Assembly (NCBI GenBank): GCA_963823555.1
Contig: CAWGMA010000001.1
Span: 1 to 64,000, forward strand
Length of the DNA: 64,000 bases
Origin: Candidatus Eiseniibacteriota bacterium
GTDB taxonomy: Bacteria; Eisenbacteria; RBG-16-71-46; CAVPCR01
Direction: 5' to 3'
Below the pieces are notes generated by a model that made no database searches, was not told where the DNA came from, and worked only from the letters and a program-made list of their open reading frames with translations. Position 1 is the stretch's first letter, and every line of letters begins with the position of its first letter. The position numbers and the translations under genes are program-made. Shown here piece by piece: positions 27,586 through 36,460 of the stretch.

Positions 27586-30222
27586 CTACTTGAGGAGCAC
27601 TGCCTTTCCGGTCGTCAGCGTCCGACCATCGAGGCGCAGCGAATAGAGATAGATCCCCGCCGGTGCGGCCTGGCCGTTCTCGTCGCGCCCGCTCCAGACG
27701 ACCGCATGCCCACCGGCTGGGAGCGCTTCGTCGACGAGCGTGCGTACGAGGCGGCCCGATGCATCGTGGAGCTCGAGCGCCACCTGGCCCCGTCTCGGGA
27801 TCGTGTACTCGAACGTGGTCGATGGATTGAACGGGTTCGGGCGGACCGCGACCGCCGCCATGAGCGGCGGTGCGCCGTTCGCTTCATCCTCCACGGCGAC
27901 CACACCGCAGCTCGGGACATTGGGACCGGTGATGGTGAGCTGATACCTGGAGCCGCAGGGGACGCCGGAGAAGACGTCGGGTGAGGCGAAGAGGTAGAAG
28001 GTGCCGGGCCCGGTGAAGGTAAGAGCGCTCGACTGGGTGCAGCTCTCGGCGGCCGTTGTGCCGATGGACTGGGCGGGGCACACGGGGTTCATGACGAAGA
28101 GCCGGAGCCGGAAGCCGCTCGAGATGCCGGAGAAGGTGTAGGTGCCGGCGCCGACGGTGATCGAGTACCAGTCGGTGTCGCGGAAGTTCTGGCCGTTGTT
28201 GAGGTAGGTGCCGGTCTCGCCGCAGATGGTGCCGCACTCGACGGGCTGGAAGACGTTGGGGGAGAAGTTGCAGCCGCCGTTGGTGGTGTCGACGTAGTTC
28301 GGACCGCACTCGGGCTCGCCCTCGACCTGGGCGTTGGGTGGACACTGCTGCACGCAGCAGGTCGGGACCTCCGGACCGGTGATGGTGAGCTGATACCTGG
28401 AGCCGCAGGGGACGCCGGAGAAGACATCGGGTGAGGCGAAGAGGTAGAAGGTGCCGGGCCCGGTGAAGGTAAGAGCGCTCGACTGGGTGCAGCTCTCGGC
28501 GGCCGTTGTGCCGATGGACTGGGCGGGGCACACCGGGTTCATGACGAACAGTCGGAGCCGGAAGCCGCTCGAGATGCCGGAGAAGGTGTAGGTACCGGCG
28601 CCGACGGTGATCGAGTACCAGTCGGTGTCGCGGAAGTTCTGGCCGTTGTTGAGGTAGGTGCCGGTCTCGCCGCAGATGGTGCCGCACTCGACGGGCTGGA
28701 AGACGTTGGGGGAGAAGTTGCAGCCGCCGTTGGTGGTGTCGACGTAGTTCGGACCACACTCGGGCTCGCCCTCGACCTGGGCGTTGGGTGGACACTGCTG
28801 CACGCAGCAGGTCGGGACTTCCGGACCGGTGATGGTGAGCCGATACCTGGAGCCGCAGGGGACGCCGGAGAAGACATCGGGTGAGGCGAAGAGGTAGAAG
28901 GTGCCGGGTCCGGTGAAGGTAAGAGCGCTCGACTGGGTGCAGCTCGCGGCGGTCGTTGTGCCGATGGACTGGGCGGGGCACACGGGGTTCATGACAAAGA
29001 GCCGGAGCCGGAAGCCGCTCGAGATGCCGGAGAAGGTGTAGGTGCCGGCGCCGACGGTGATCGAGTACCAGTCGGTGTCGCGGAAGTTCTGGCCGTTGTT
29101 GAGGTAGGTGCCGGTCTCGCCGCAGATGGTGCCGCACTCGACGGGCTGGAAGACGTTGGGGGAGAAGTTGCAGCCGCCGTTGGTGGTGTCGACGTAGTTC
29201 GGGCCGCACTCGGGCTCGCCTTCGACCTGCGAGGTGGATGGGCATGGAATGGCGCAACAGACCGGGATCCCCGGACCGGTGATGGTGAGCCGATACCTGG
29301 AGCCGCAGGGGACGCCGGAGAAGACGTCGGGTGAGGCGAAGAGGTAGAAGGTGCCGGGTCCGGTGAAGGTAAGAGCGCTCGACTGGGTGCAGCTCGCGGC
29401 GGTCGTTGTGCCGATGGACTGGGCGGGGCACACGGGGTTCATGACGAAGAGTCGCAACCGGAACCCGTCGGCAATGCCGGAGAAGGTGTAGGTACCGGCA
29501 CCGACGGTGATCGAGTACCAGTCGGTGTCGCGGAAGTTCTGGCCGTTGTTGAGGTAGGTGCCGGTCTTGCCGCAGATGGTGCCGCACTCGACGGGCTGGA
29601 AGACGTTGGGGGAGAAGTTGCAGCCGCCGTTGGTGGTGTCGACGTAGTCCGGACCACAGTCGGGCTCGCCCTCGACCTGATCCTCGGGGAAGCAGTCGGC
29701 ACAGCCGGTCGGGGTCGCTGTGGGCTCCCATGCCTCCTCGGCGTCGAGCCCGCTCGGCTGCGTGGCCGAGGAGACGGCCTCCGCCGGGTCGAGGATCGCG
29801 GGCGGAGCAGGGAACGACCGAGCGGACGCCGCGCGCGCCGCTGCGATCTCCGGTGGCTCCACGGCCGAGGTCAGGCGCGCGATCTCCTCCTCCGACAGGA
29901 CCACGGGGGACGGGATCGGGGATCCGTTCGGAGGCTCCGCCGCGGCTCCGGGGTAGCCCGCCGGTTCGGCGGCCGAGGTCAGGCGCGCGACCTCTTCATC
30001 GGACATGACTGCTGTGGGCATCGGCGGCGCCTGGTGCGGAGGCGTGACGGCAGCGGTGGCGGGGTAGCCCGCCGGCTCGGCAGCGGAGGTGAGTTCCTCG
30101 ATCGATAGGATGCCGGCCGCGGGATGCGTCACCGGAGGGGCTGGCGTTTCGGCCCGGGCGGTGAAGGCCGGGACACCGAGCGCGAGAAGACCGAGCACGA
30201 GAAGTGCAGGGGGGTGCTTCAC
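27586..30222 (-). CDS. Secreted protein with four tandem 150-aa Cys-rich domains and a FlgD-Ig domain
   Basis: GGAGA RBS before GTG 30222; signal peptide; Pro/Ala-rich repeats; 4x (EGEP.CGP.YVDTTNGGCN...RDTDWY...GVPCGSRY.LTITGP); RPNPFNP...WSGRDENG. Confidence 0.88.
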   Translation of the reverse strand: MKHPPALLVLGLLALGVPAFTARAETPAPPVTHPAAGILSIEELTSAAEPAGYPATAAVTPPHQAPPMPTAVMSDEEVARLTSAAEPAGYPGAAAEPPNGSPIPSPVVLSEEEIARLTSAVEPPEIAAARAASARSFPAPPAILDPAEAVSSATQPSGLDAEEAWEPTATPTGCADCFPEDQVEGEPDCGPDYVDTTNGGCNFSPNVFQPVECGTICGKTGTYLNNGQNFRDTDWYSITVGAGTYTFSGIADGFRLRLFVMNPVCPAQSIGTTTAASCTQSSALTFTGPGTFYLFASPDVFSGVPCGSRYRLTITGPGIPVCCAIPCPSTSQVEGEPECGPNYVDTTNGGCNFSPNVFQPVECGTICGETGTYLNNGQNFRDTDWYSITVGAGTYTFSGISSGFRLRLFVMNPVCPAQSIGTTTAASCTQSSALTFTGPGTFYLFASPDVFSGVPCGSRYRLTITGPEVPTCCVQQCPPNAQVEGEPECGPNYVDTTNGGCNFSPNVFQPVECGTICGETGTYLNNGQNFRDTDWYSITVGAGTYTFSGISSGFRLRLFVMNPVCPAQSIGTTAAESCTQSSALTFTGPGTFYLFASPDVFSGVPCGSRYQLTITGPEVPTCCVQQCPPNAQVEGEPECGPNYVDTTNGGCNFSPNVFQPVECGTICGETGTYLNNGQNFRDTDWYSITVGAGTYTFSGISSGFRLRLFVMNPVCPAQSIGTTAAESCTQSSALTFTGPGTFYLFASPDVFSGVPCGSRYQLTITGPNVPSCGVVAVEDEANGAPPLMAAVAVRPNPFNPSTTFEYTIPRRGQVALELHDASGRLVRTLVDEALPAGGHAVVWSGRDENGQAAPAGIYLYSLRLDGRTLTTGKAVLLK
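27923..29680. repeat. Four near-identical 450-bp intragenic tandem repeats
   Basis: GGACCGGTGATGGTGAGC recurs at 27923, 28373, 28823 and 29273; the units are almost identical apart from scattered substitutions and the linker. Confidence 0.97.
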
Positions 30223-30389
30223 GGGATTCTCCGAACGTTGCGACCCGGCGGGGGGAGCCGGGCCGAGGGGGCCAACAAACAGGGTGGGATAACGAGCTGC
30301 GATCATAACGCGGCATCGAACTCGAAGGGAAGATCGGAGGGTGGCAAGAGGCCTTGAACCGCAGGGCCCAGGTGTGGACAATCGCGGCC

Positions 30390-31925
30390 ATGCGTAGCCC
30401 ATCCATCCAGCTGGCGGGCCAGGGGGTCATCCTCGGGGGGTTCGTCGTTCTCATGCTCGCGGCCTGCTCTCCCAGTGCTGCCGGCGCCGGCGGCGGGGGC
30501 GCGACCCTGGAGGCGCCTTTCCCGCCGTCCCTGGACAGCTATGGCGACGACCATCTCACGAGCCTCTGGGCCATCCTCGAGAACCGGGTGGAGAGGGAAC
30601 CCTTCAACCTCTGGGCCACGCTGATCTTCCTTGCCGCCATCATTCATACCTTCCTCACACATCGCTTCCAGCAGATCGCGCACGTGCTCGAGGACCGGCA
30701 ACGAGAACGGCTCCGATTGATCGAAGATCCGCATGACGCCGCCACGCCGCGGTTCTCGACGGGCGCGCGCATCTTCCATTTCCTGGGAGAAGTGGAAGCG
30801 GTGTTCGGTATCTGGGTGATTCCGCTGTTCATCGTGATGTGGCTCTCTGTCAGCGAGGGAGCCGCTCTCGGCTACCTGAACGAGCGGGTCAATTTCACCG
30901 AGGCTGTGTTCGTGGTGGTGATCATGGCCATCTCGTCGACGCGGCCGATCCTCGAGCTGGCCGAGCGCCTCCTGCGCCTCCTGGCTCGATTGGGCGGTGA
31001 GCGGCCGGTCGCCTGGTGGCTGGTTCTCGTCACGATCGGCCCGCTCCTCGGATCCTTCATCACCGAGCCGGCGGCAATGACGATCTGCGCCTCGCTCCTG
31101 TCGCGCAAGTTCTACAGCCTCGAGCCGGGCAAGAAGCTCGCCTACGGCACCCTCGGACTCCTCTTCGTGTCGATCTCGGTGGGAGGCACGCTCACCCACT
31201 TCGCTGCGCCTCCGGTGTTGATGGTGGTGGCGGCCTGGGACTGGGACACGCCCTTCATGCTGGCGCACTTCGGCTGGAAGGCGGCGATCGGCATCTTCAT
31301 CGCCGCGACCGGCTACCTCCTCTTCTTCTACAAGGATCTGAGGCGGCTGGGTGGCGGCGCCCCGGTCACCGATTCCGGTCCGGTGGCGCCCCCGATCCCG
31401 CTCTGGGTCACGCTCGTCCATGTCGCCTTTCTCCTGTTCGCGGTGCTGAATGCCCACCATCCCATTCACCTCATCATGGGTTGTCTCTTCTTTCTTGCGG
31501 TCGTGGAGGTGACCGAGGATTACCAGCGGGACTTCACCCTGCGTCCGCCCGTTCTCGTCGGCTTCTTTCTCGCCGGACTGGTCATCCATGGTGGACTGCA
31601 GCAGTGGTGGATCGCGCCCGTGCTGGGCCGGCTCGACGAGATCCCGCTCCTGATCGGGGCCGCGGGGCTCACCGCCTTCAACGACAATGCCGCGATCACC
31701 TACCTCGCCACCCTGGTTCCGACCCTCACGGAAGGCATGAAGTACGCTGTCGTGGCTGGGGCGGTGACCGGTGGAGGGCTGACCGTGATCGCCAATGCGC
31801 CCAATCCGGCCGGGCAGTCGATCCTCAAGAAGCACTTCGAAGATGGCATCGGCGCCGGGGGGCTCCTCCTGGGCGCGCTGGTGCCGACCATCATCCTCGG
31901 GCTCTGCTTCATCCTCCTGCGATGA
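30390..31925 (+). CDS. Putative Na+/H+ antiporter (DUF1504-type)
   Basis: FHFLGEVEAVFGIW, GSFITEPAAMT, ISVGGTLTHFAAPPVLMV, TAFNDNAAITYL, GAVTGGGLTVIANAPNPAG. Confidence 0.85.
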   Translation: MRSPSIQLAGQGVILGGFVVLMLAACSPSAAGAGGGGATLEAPFPPSLDSYGDDHLTSLWAILENRVEREPFNLWATLIFLAAIIHTFLTHRFQQIAHVLEDRQRERLRLIEDPHDAATPRFSTGARIFHFLGEVEAVFGIWVIPLFIVMWLSVSEGAALGYLNERVNFTEAVFVVVIMAISSTRPILELAERLLRLLARLGGERPVAWWLVLVTIGPLLGSFITEPAAMTICASLLSRKFYSLEPGKKLAYGTLGLLFVSISVGGTLTHFAAPPVLMVVAAWDWDTPFMLAHFGWKAAIGIFIAATGYLLFFYKDLRRLGGGAPVTDSGPVAPPIPLWVTLVHVAFLLFAVLNAHHPIHLIMGCLFFLAVVEVTEDYQRDFTLRPPVLVGFFLAGLVIHGGLQQWWIAPVLGRLDEIPLLIGAAGLTAFNDNAAITYLATLVPTLTEGMKYAVVAGAVTGGGLTVIANAPNPAGQSILKKHFEDGIGAGGLLLGALVPTIILGLCFILLR

Positions 31926-33058
31926 CTCAGCGGCGCAAGAAGGCAACTCGGCGGAATGACGCTATCCGGCGCGTCGCCATCAGCACGGGGGGTGGAGACG
32001 CTCCGGGGCTGAATGCGGTGATTCGCGCGGTCGCCCTCAGCGCTCTCGACCGGGGCTGGGAGTGCCTCGGCATTCGCGATGGCTACTCGGGTTTGCTGGA
32101 GCCAGAACGTTATCCGGAGGGCGGTCTCGTTCCGCTCTCCAGCGCGTCGGTGCGCGGCATCACCCACCTGGGCGGCACCATTCTCGGCACGACCAATATC
32201 GGCAACCCGCTCAAGTTCCCGGTCGAGGGCCCGGATGGTCGGATCAAGGAAATCGATCGGTCTGATGAACTGCTCCAGGCCATTGCCAGGAACCGTATCG
32301 ACGCCGTGATCGCCATCGGCGGCGATGGGTCGCTCTCGATCGCCAACGTGCTCTCCCAGAAGGGGCTGCGGGTGGTCGGAGTACCGAAGACCATCGACAA
32401 CGACCTCGACGGGACGGTCCTCACCTTCGGCTTCGACACGGCGGTGGCCTTTGCCACCGAGTGCCTCGATCGCCTGCACACAACCGCGGCCTCCCACCGC
32501 CGCGTGATCGTGGTCGAGGTCATGGGCCGCTACGCCGGCTGGATCGCGCTCCATGCGGGTGTTGCGGGAACCGCCGACATCATCCTCATCCCGGAGATTC
32601 CCTACGACATCCAGGCCGTGGCCGAGAAGGTGCGAGAACGAGATGCCTCGGGGGCACTGTTCTCGATCGTGGTGGTTGCCGAGGGGGCGGTGCCCAGGGG
32701 CGGGAAGCGTTCCATCATCGAGAAGCGAGTGGGGTCGGCGGAGCGGCTGGGTGGTGCCGGCGAGTGCGTGGCCCGCGATCTCGCCGCCTTGACCGGCAAG
32801 GACACGAGACACGTTGTCCTCGGCCATCTCCTTCGCGGCGGATCGCCAACCTCCCTCGATCGACTGATCTCGCTCCGTTTCGGCGCCGCCGCCGTGCGCT
32901 GCCTGGCCGCCGGGGAGTCCGGGGTGATGGTGGCGCTCGATCCCCCGCGGGTGCGCACCGTGCCCCTCGAGAAGGCGACCAGGCGCATGAAGGTCGTCCC
33001 CCTCGACTGCGACACCATGGTCACGGCGCGCGATCTCGGCGTTTGCTTCGGGGATTGA
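31922..33058 (+). CDS. pfkA: 6-phosphofructokinase (PfkA family, group III-like)
   Basis: STGGGDAPGLNAVIR, GGTILGT, IGGDGS, PKTIDND, TFGFDTA, EVMGRYAGWIA, LGHLLRGG. Confidence 0.95.
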   Translation: MTQRRKKATRRNDAIRRVAISTGGGDAPGLNAVIRAVALSALDRGWECLGIRDGYSGLLEPERYPEGGLVPLSSASVRGITHLGGTILGTTNIGNPLKFPVEGPDGRIKEIDRSDELLQAIARNRIDAVIAIGGDGSLSIANVLSQKGLRVVGVPKTIDNDLDGTVLTFGFDTAVAFATECLDRLHTTAASHRRVIVVEVMGRYAGWIALHAGVAGTADIILIPEIPYDIQAVAEKVRERDASGALFSIVVVAEGAVPRGGKRSIIEKRVGSAERLGGAGECVARDLAALTGKDTRHVVLGHLLRGGSPTSLDRLISLRFGAAAVRCLAAGESGVMVALDPPRVRTVPLEKATRRMKVVPLDCDTMVTARDLGVCFGD

Positions 33059-33261
33059 CGTCGGCTCGAAACAGGGCAAGTGGATCGATGTGACGCACGG
33101 TCCGCGAGCCGGCAGAGTCGGATGTTCCGCAGCACGGCTCACCCGGCCCCTCGCGCCCCAGACTCCTGGTCCCAGACTTCCCGGTTGCCGATAACCGCGA
33201 GTGTGGCCTTCGGCTCCTCGCCGGTGGCTTCGTGGGTTCTGGTGCGCGAGGGACACGACTC

Positions 33262-34068
33262 ATGGCTGGACCGCAAGTGGAATCGATCGAACGCCAGCGC
33301 GGCTCCTTGTGGAATCTCGGTCTCGTGCTCGTGGGTGCGCTGTGTGCCGCGCTCGTCGTCATGAGCTGGACGACAGCGGACCAGGCGCTGCGCACCGAGA
33401 TGCTCGAGCGGCGCTGGCCGGCCCTGGTCGGGCTCTCGGGCCTCGTCCTCCTGTTCGTGCTCTACGCCACCAAGAAGCACCGGGAGCTCTGCCGCATGCA
33501 GGCGCGCTGGCAGCAGATGGCGGTGCGTGAGGCCTCGCTGCGCGCCCGGTTGAGCGAGCTGTCCTTTCTCTTCGATACGAGCACGCAGCTCCAGCTCCGG
33601 CTCGACATGCAGAGCATGTTCGACCTGGCATGCCAGCGGCTGCTGTCCTGCTTCGAAGCGCACCAGTCCTCGATCATGATTCACAACGAAGAATCGGGGT
33701 TTCTGGAGGTGAAGGCGGTCTCCGGGGTCGACTCGAGCCTGGTTGCCGGCTCGACCGCCAGGCCCGGTGAGGGCATCGCGGGCAAGGTCTTCACCTCGGG
33801 GGAAGCGCTCCTCCTGACGCCCGCGGTGATGAAGCGCCGGTTCCCCAACGACCAGAAGCCAGGTCGGAGCATCTCGTCGAGCCTCAGTGTGCCGATGCGC
33901 TTCCGTGACATGACGATCGGCGTGGTCAATGTCAGTCGCAACGGCGGCGAGGATTTCACCGAGATGCACGTGCGGATGCTCGAGTCCTTCGCCGAGCATT
34001 GTGCGGCCACCTTCATCAAGACGCGCCACCACCAGGCCGTGCTCGCCGGCGGGCGCCAGGCGGCCTGA
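33262..34068 (+). CDS. Membrane protein with two TM segments, a coiled coil and a GAF domain
   Basis: Two hydrophobic segments; GEGIAGKVF..GEALL, SSLSVPM..IGVVNVS..FTEMHVRMLESFA. Confidence 0.8.
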   Translation: MAGPQVESIERQRGSLWNLGLVLVGALCAALVVMSWTTADQALRTEMLERRWPALVGLSGLVLLFVLYATKKHRELCRMQARWQQMAVREASLRARLSELSFLFDTSTQLQLRLDMQSMFDLACQRLLSCFEAHQSSIMIHNEESGFLEVKAVSGVDSSLVAGSTARPGEGIAGKVFTSGEALLLTPAVMKRRFPNDQKPGRSISSSLSVPMRFRDMTIGVVNVSRNGGEDFTEMHVRMLESFAEHCAATFIKTRHHQAVLAGGRQAA

Positions 34069-34072
34069 GGCG

Positions 34073-36460
34073 CTACCGGCGGTCTCCCGGAGCGACCTCG
34101 ATCACGACCGGCGCGGTACGTTCCGCTCCGCTGCGGAGCGCGACCCGGTGACGTCCCGGCGCCAGCGGCCAGCGTAGCTCGCGCCCGCTGCCGATGACCA
34201 TCCCGTCGATTTCCCAGATGGGCGTAGCGTGCGGGTCTCCGCCTCCGGCGCGGAGCGCGATCGTCTGTACCGATCGCGGCAGGTCGGGTGCGAGGAAGAA
34301 CTGCTGGCCATCACGCGGGGACTCGATGCGAAGCGGGCCGCCGGCGCTGGCCGCGACGGCCGCGGTGCCGAGGGCCGCCCGCCGGAGCCAGGGCCCGTAC
34401 TCGGGCGGCAGCGACACCTGGACCTCGCGACCCTGGCGCCGATGCAGCGTGCAGGGCGCAAGCACGTGATCGGCCGGCAACCACTCGCTCAGGATCTCGC
34501 TGCAGCCTGGTCCGGGGGCCGCCCCGGAGAGAGCGCAGATCCGGCGCCGCGCGAGATCGGAAGGCGGGGAGAATACCGACGCCACCGACGCCGGGTCGAG
34601 TTCCCTCGCGATCACGTCGCTTGCCGCGCCAGACGATGGAATACTGCGTTCCTGCTCCCAGTCCCGGATCCCATACCAGGCGGCCCGGAACAGCGGGGCC
34701 GCGGCATGGGCCGCCGAGAGCCGGGGTAGCGGCTCGCCGTCGAGGTTCCCCACCCAGACCCCGACCACGTAGCGCTCGTCGAAGCCCACGGTCCAGGCAT
34801 CGCGGAAGTCCGACGAGGTCCCGGTCTTGGCTGCCACCCGGAACGGGAGCTCGAGCGGGCCGTGGGCGCCGAAGGCCGGCATGCGCGCATCGGGGTCGGA
34901 GAGGATGTCGGTGACCCAGAACGCGGCGCGCTCGGGAAGGATCGCCTCGCCCCGGTCGGCGCGCGCGGCGCGCGCGTCTGCCGGCAGTCCCGGCGCGGGG
35001 ATCGGACGGCCTCGTCGATCCCGCACGTCGGCGATGATCGCCATCGGTAGCGCCCGGCCATGGCGCGGGAAGACGGCATAGGCGCGGCAGAGATCGAGGA
35101 GGGTCACCTCGCCGACCCCGAGCGTGAGCCCGAGGCCGTACGTCGCGGGCGGCGCACCGAGGGTGGTGATCCCGGCGTCATGCAGCAGATCGAGGAGGCG
35201 CGGGCTTCCCACCGCATCGAGCATGCGCACCGCCGATACGTTGTAGGAGGAGGCGAGCGCCTCGCGCAGGCGCGCCGGCCCGTGAAAGGTCTGGCTGAAG
35301 TTGCGGGGCATGTAATCGCCGTCGAGGGCGAGAAAGGCGGTGGGAATGTCGGCGACGAGATCGGCCGGGGTGTGTCCGTCGGCGAAGGCGAGAGCGTAGG
35401 TGAACGGTTTGAGCGCCGATCCGGGCTGGCGGCGGGCGAGCGCCGAGTTCCACTGTCCCCCCTCCGGGCTCCGGTAATCGGGCGAACCGATGAGCGCGAG
35501 CACTGCGCCGCTCCGGTGATCGAGGACGGCGATGGCGCCGTGCGGTGGGGTGGCGAGGCGGTGGGGTGCCAGGTTCTCGGCGAGGACCGCGGTCAGGCGC
35601 GCCGTCAGGTCCCGGTCGATGGTGAGGCGCGCCACTCCGGCCGCGGCCGGCAACGACGGGGCCACCCAGTCGACGGCGTGCGGCGCGGCAAAGGCGCCGG
35701 GACGCGCTGCCAGGCGCAGCGGATCGGCGAGCGATCGTGCGAGCTCGTGATCATCGAGCCAGCCCGAGGCGCGCATGCGCCGGAGCACATGCTGGGCGCG
35801 CGCCCGGGCCCGCGTGGGCGCACGACGCGGATCGAGGTGCGACGGGGCACGCGGCAAGGCGGCGAGGAGCGCGGCCTCGGCGGCGCTGAGCTGCGCCGGC
35901 GTGCGATCGAAGTAGTGGTCGGCGGCGGCCGTGATGCCGAGACAGCCGTTGCCGTAGGGCACGCGGTTCAGATAGGCGGCGAGGATCGCCCGCTTGCCAG
36001 CGGTGAGCTCGAGGCGCAGGGCGAGCTCGAGCTCGCGGAGCTTGCCCCGCCAGGTGCGCGGCCCGGGCTCGAGGATGCCGGCCAGCTGCTGCGTGATGGT
36101 CGAACCTCCGGCCACGATGCGGCCGGCCCTCCAGTTGGCGATGGCGGCGCGAGCGATGCCGACAGGGTCGAAGCCGGGGTGGATGAAGAAGCGCCGATCC
36201 TCGGCCGCCAGGGTGGCGTGAACGACGAGCGGTGGCAGATCCTTGTCGGTAAGAAGCGGCGCCCGAGCGCAATCTCCTGCGCCAGGCGGTGCGGCCAGGC
36301 GGAGGAGCCGGCCCTCGCGATCAACGATGGCCGAGCGCGTGGGAGGATCGTGATCGATCGCCACCAGCGGCGGTATCAGGTGCGGAGCGACCGCGAGCAG
36401 CAGTGCCGCGGCGACGAGGACGGCCGGGACCACGACGGCCCGGCGTGGGCGGCGTGTCAT
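34073..36460 (-). CDS. pbpC: Penicillin-binding protein 1C
   Basis: Transglycosylase motifs EDRRF, GGSTITQQL; transpeptidase motifs SALK, SYN, KTGT; BiPBP_C-like tail; coupled to the alpha-2-macroglobulin gene. Confidence 0.92.
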   Translation of the reverse strand: MTRRPRRAVVVPAVLVAAALLLAVAPHLIPPLVAIDHDPPTRSAIVDREGRLLRLAAPPGAGDCARAPLLTDKDLPPLVVHATLAAEDRRFFIHPGFDPVGIARAAIANWRAGRIVAGGSTITQQLAGILEPGPRTWRGKLRELELALRLELTAGKRAILAAYLNRVPYGNGCLGITAAADHYFDRTPAQLSAAEAALLAALPRAPSHLDPRRAPTRARARAQHVLRRMRASGWLDDHELARSLADPLRLAARPGAFAAPHAVDWVAPSLPAAAGVARLTIDRDLTARLTAVLAENLAPHRLATPPHGAIAVLDHRSGAVLALIGSPDYRSPEGGQWNSALARRQPGSALKPFTYALAFADGHTPADLVADIPTAFLALDGDYMPRNFSQTFHGPARLREALASSYNVSAVRMLDAVGSPRLLDLLHDAGITTLGAPPATYGLGLTLGVGEVTLLDLCRAYAVFPRHGRALPMAIIADVRDRRGRPIPAPGLPADARAARADRGEAILPERAAFWVTDILSDPDARMPAFGAHGPLELPFRVAAKTGTSSDFRDAWTVGFDERYVVGVWVGNLDGEPLPRLSAAHAAAPLFRAAWYGIRDWEQERSIPSSGAASDVIARELDPASVASVFSPPSDLARRRICALSGAAPGPGCSEILSEWLPADHVLAPCTLHRRQGREVQVSLPPEYGPWLRRAALGTAAVAASAGGPLRIESPRDGQQFFLAPDLPRSVQTIALRAGGGDPHATPIWEIDGMVIGSGRELRWPLAPGRHRVALRSGAERTAPVVIEVAPGDRR

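Noticed and set aside
27923..29680. CRISPR array or mobile-element repeat
   Set aside because: The units are 450 bp, contiguous, in frame and coding, with no spacers and no cas or transposase genes.
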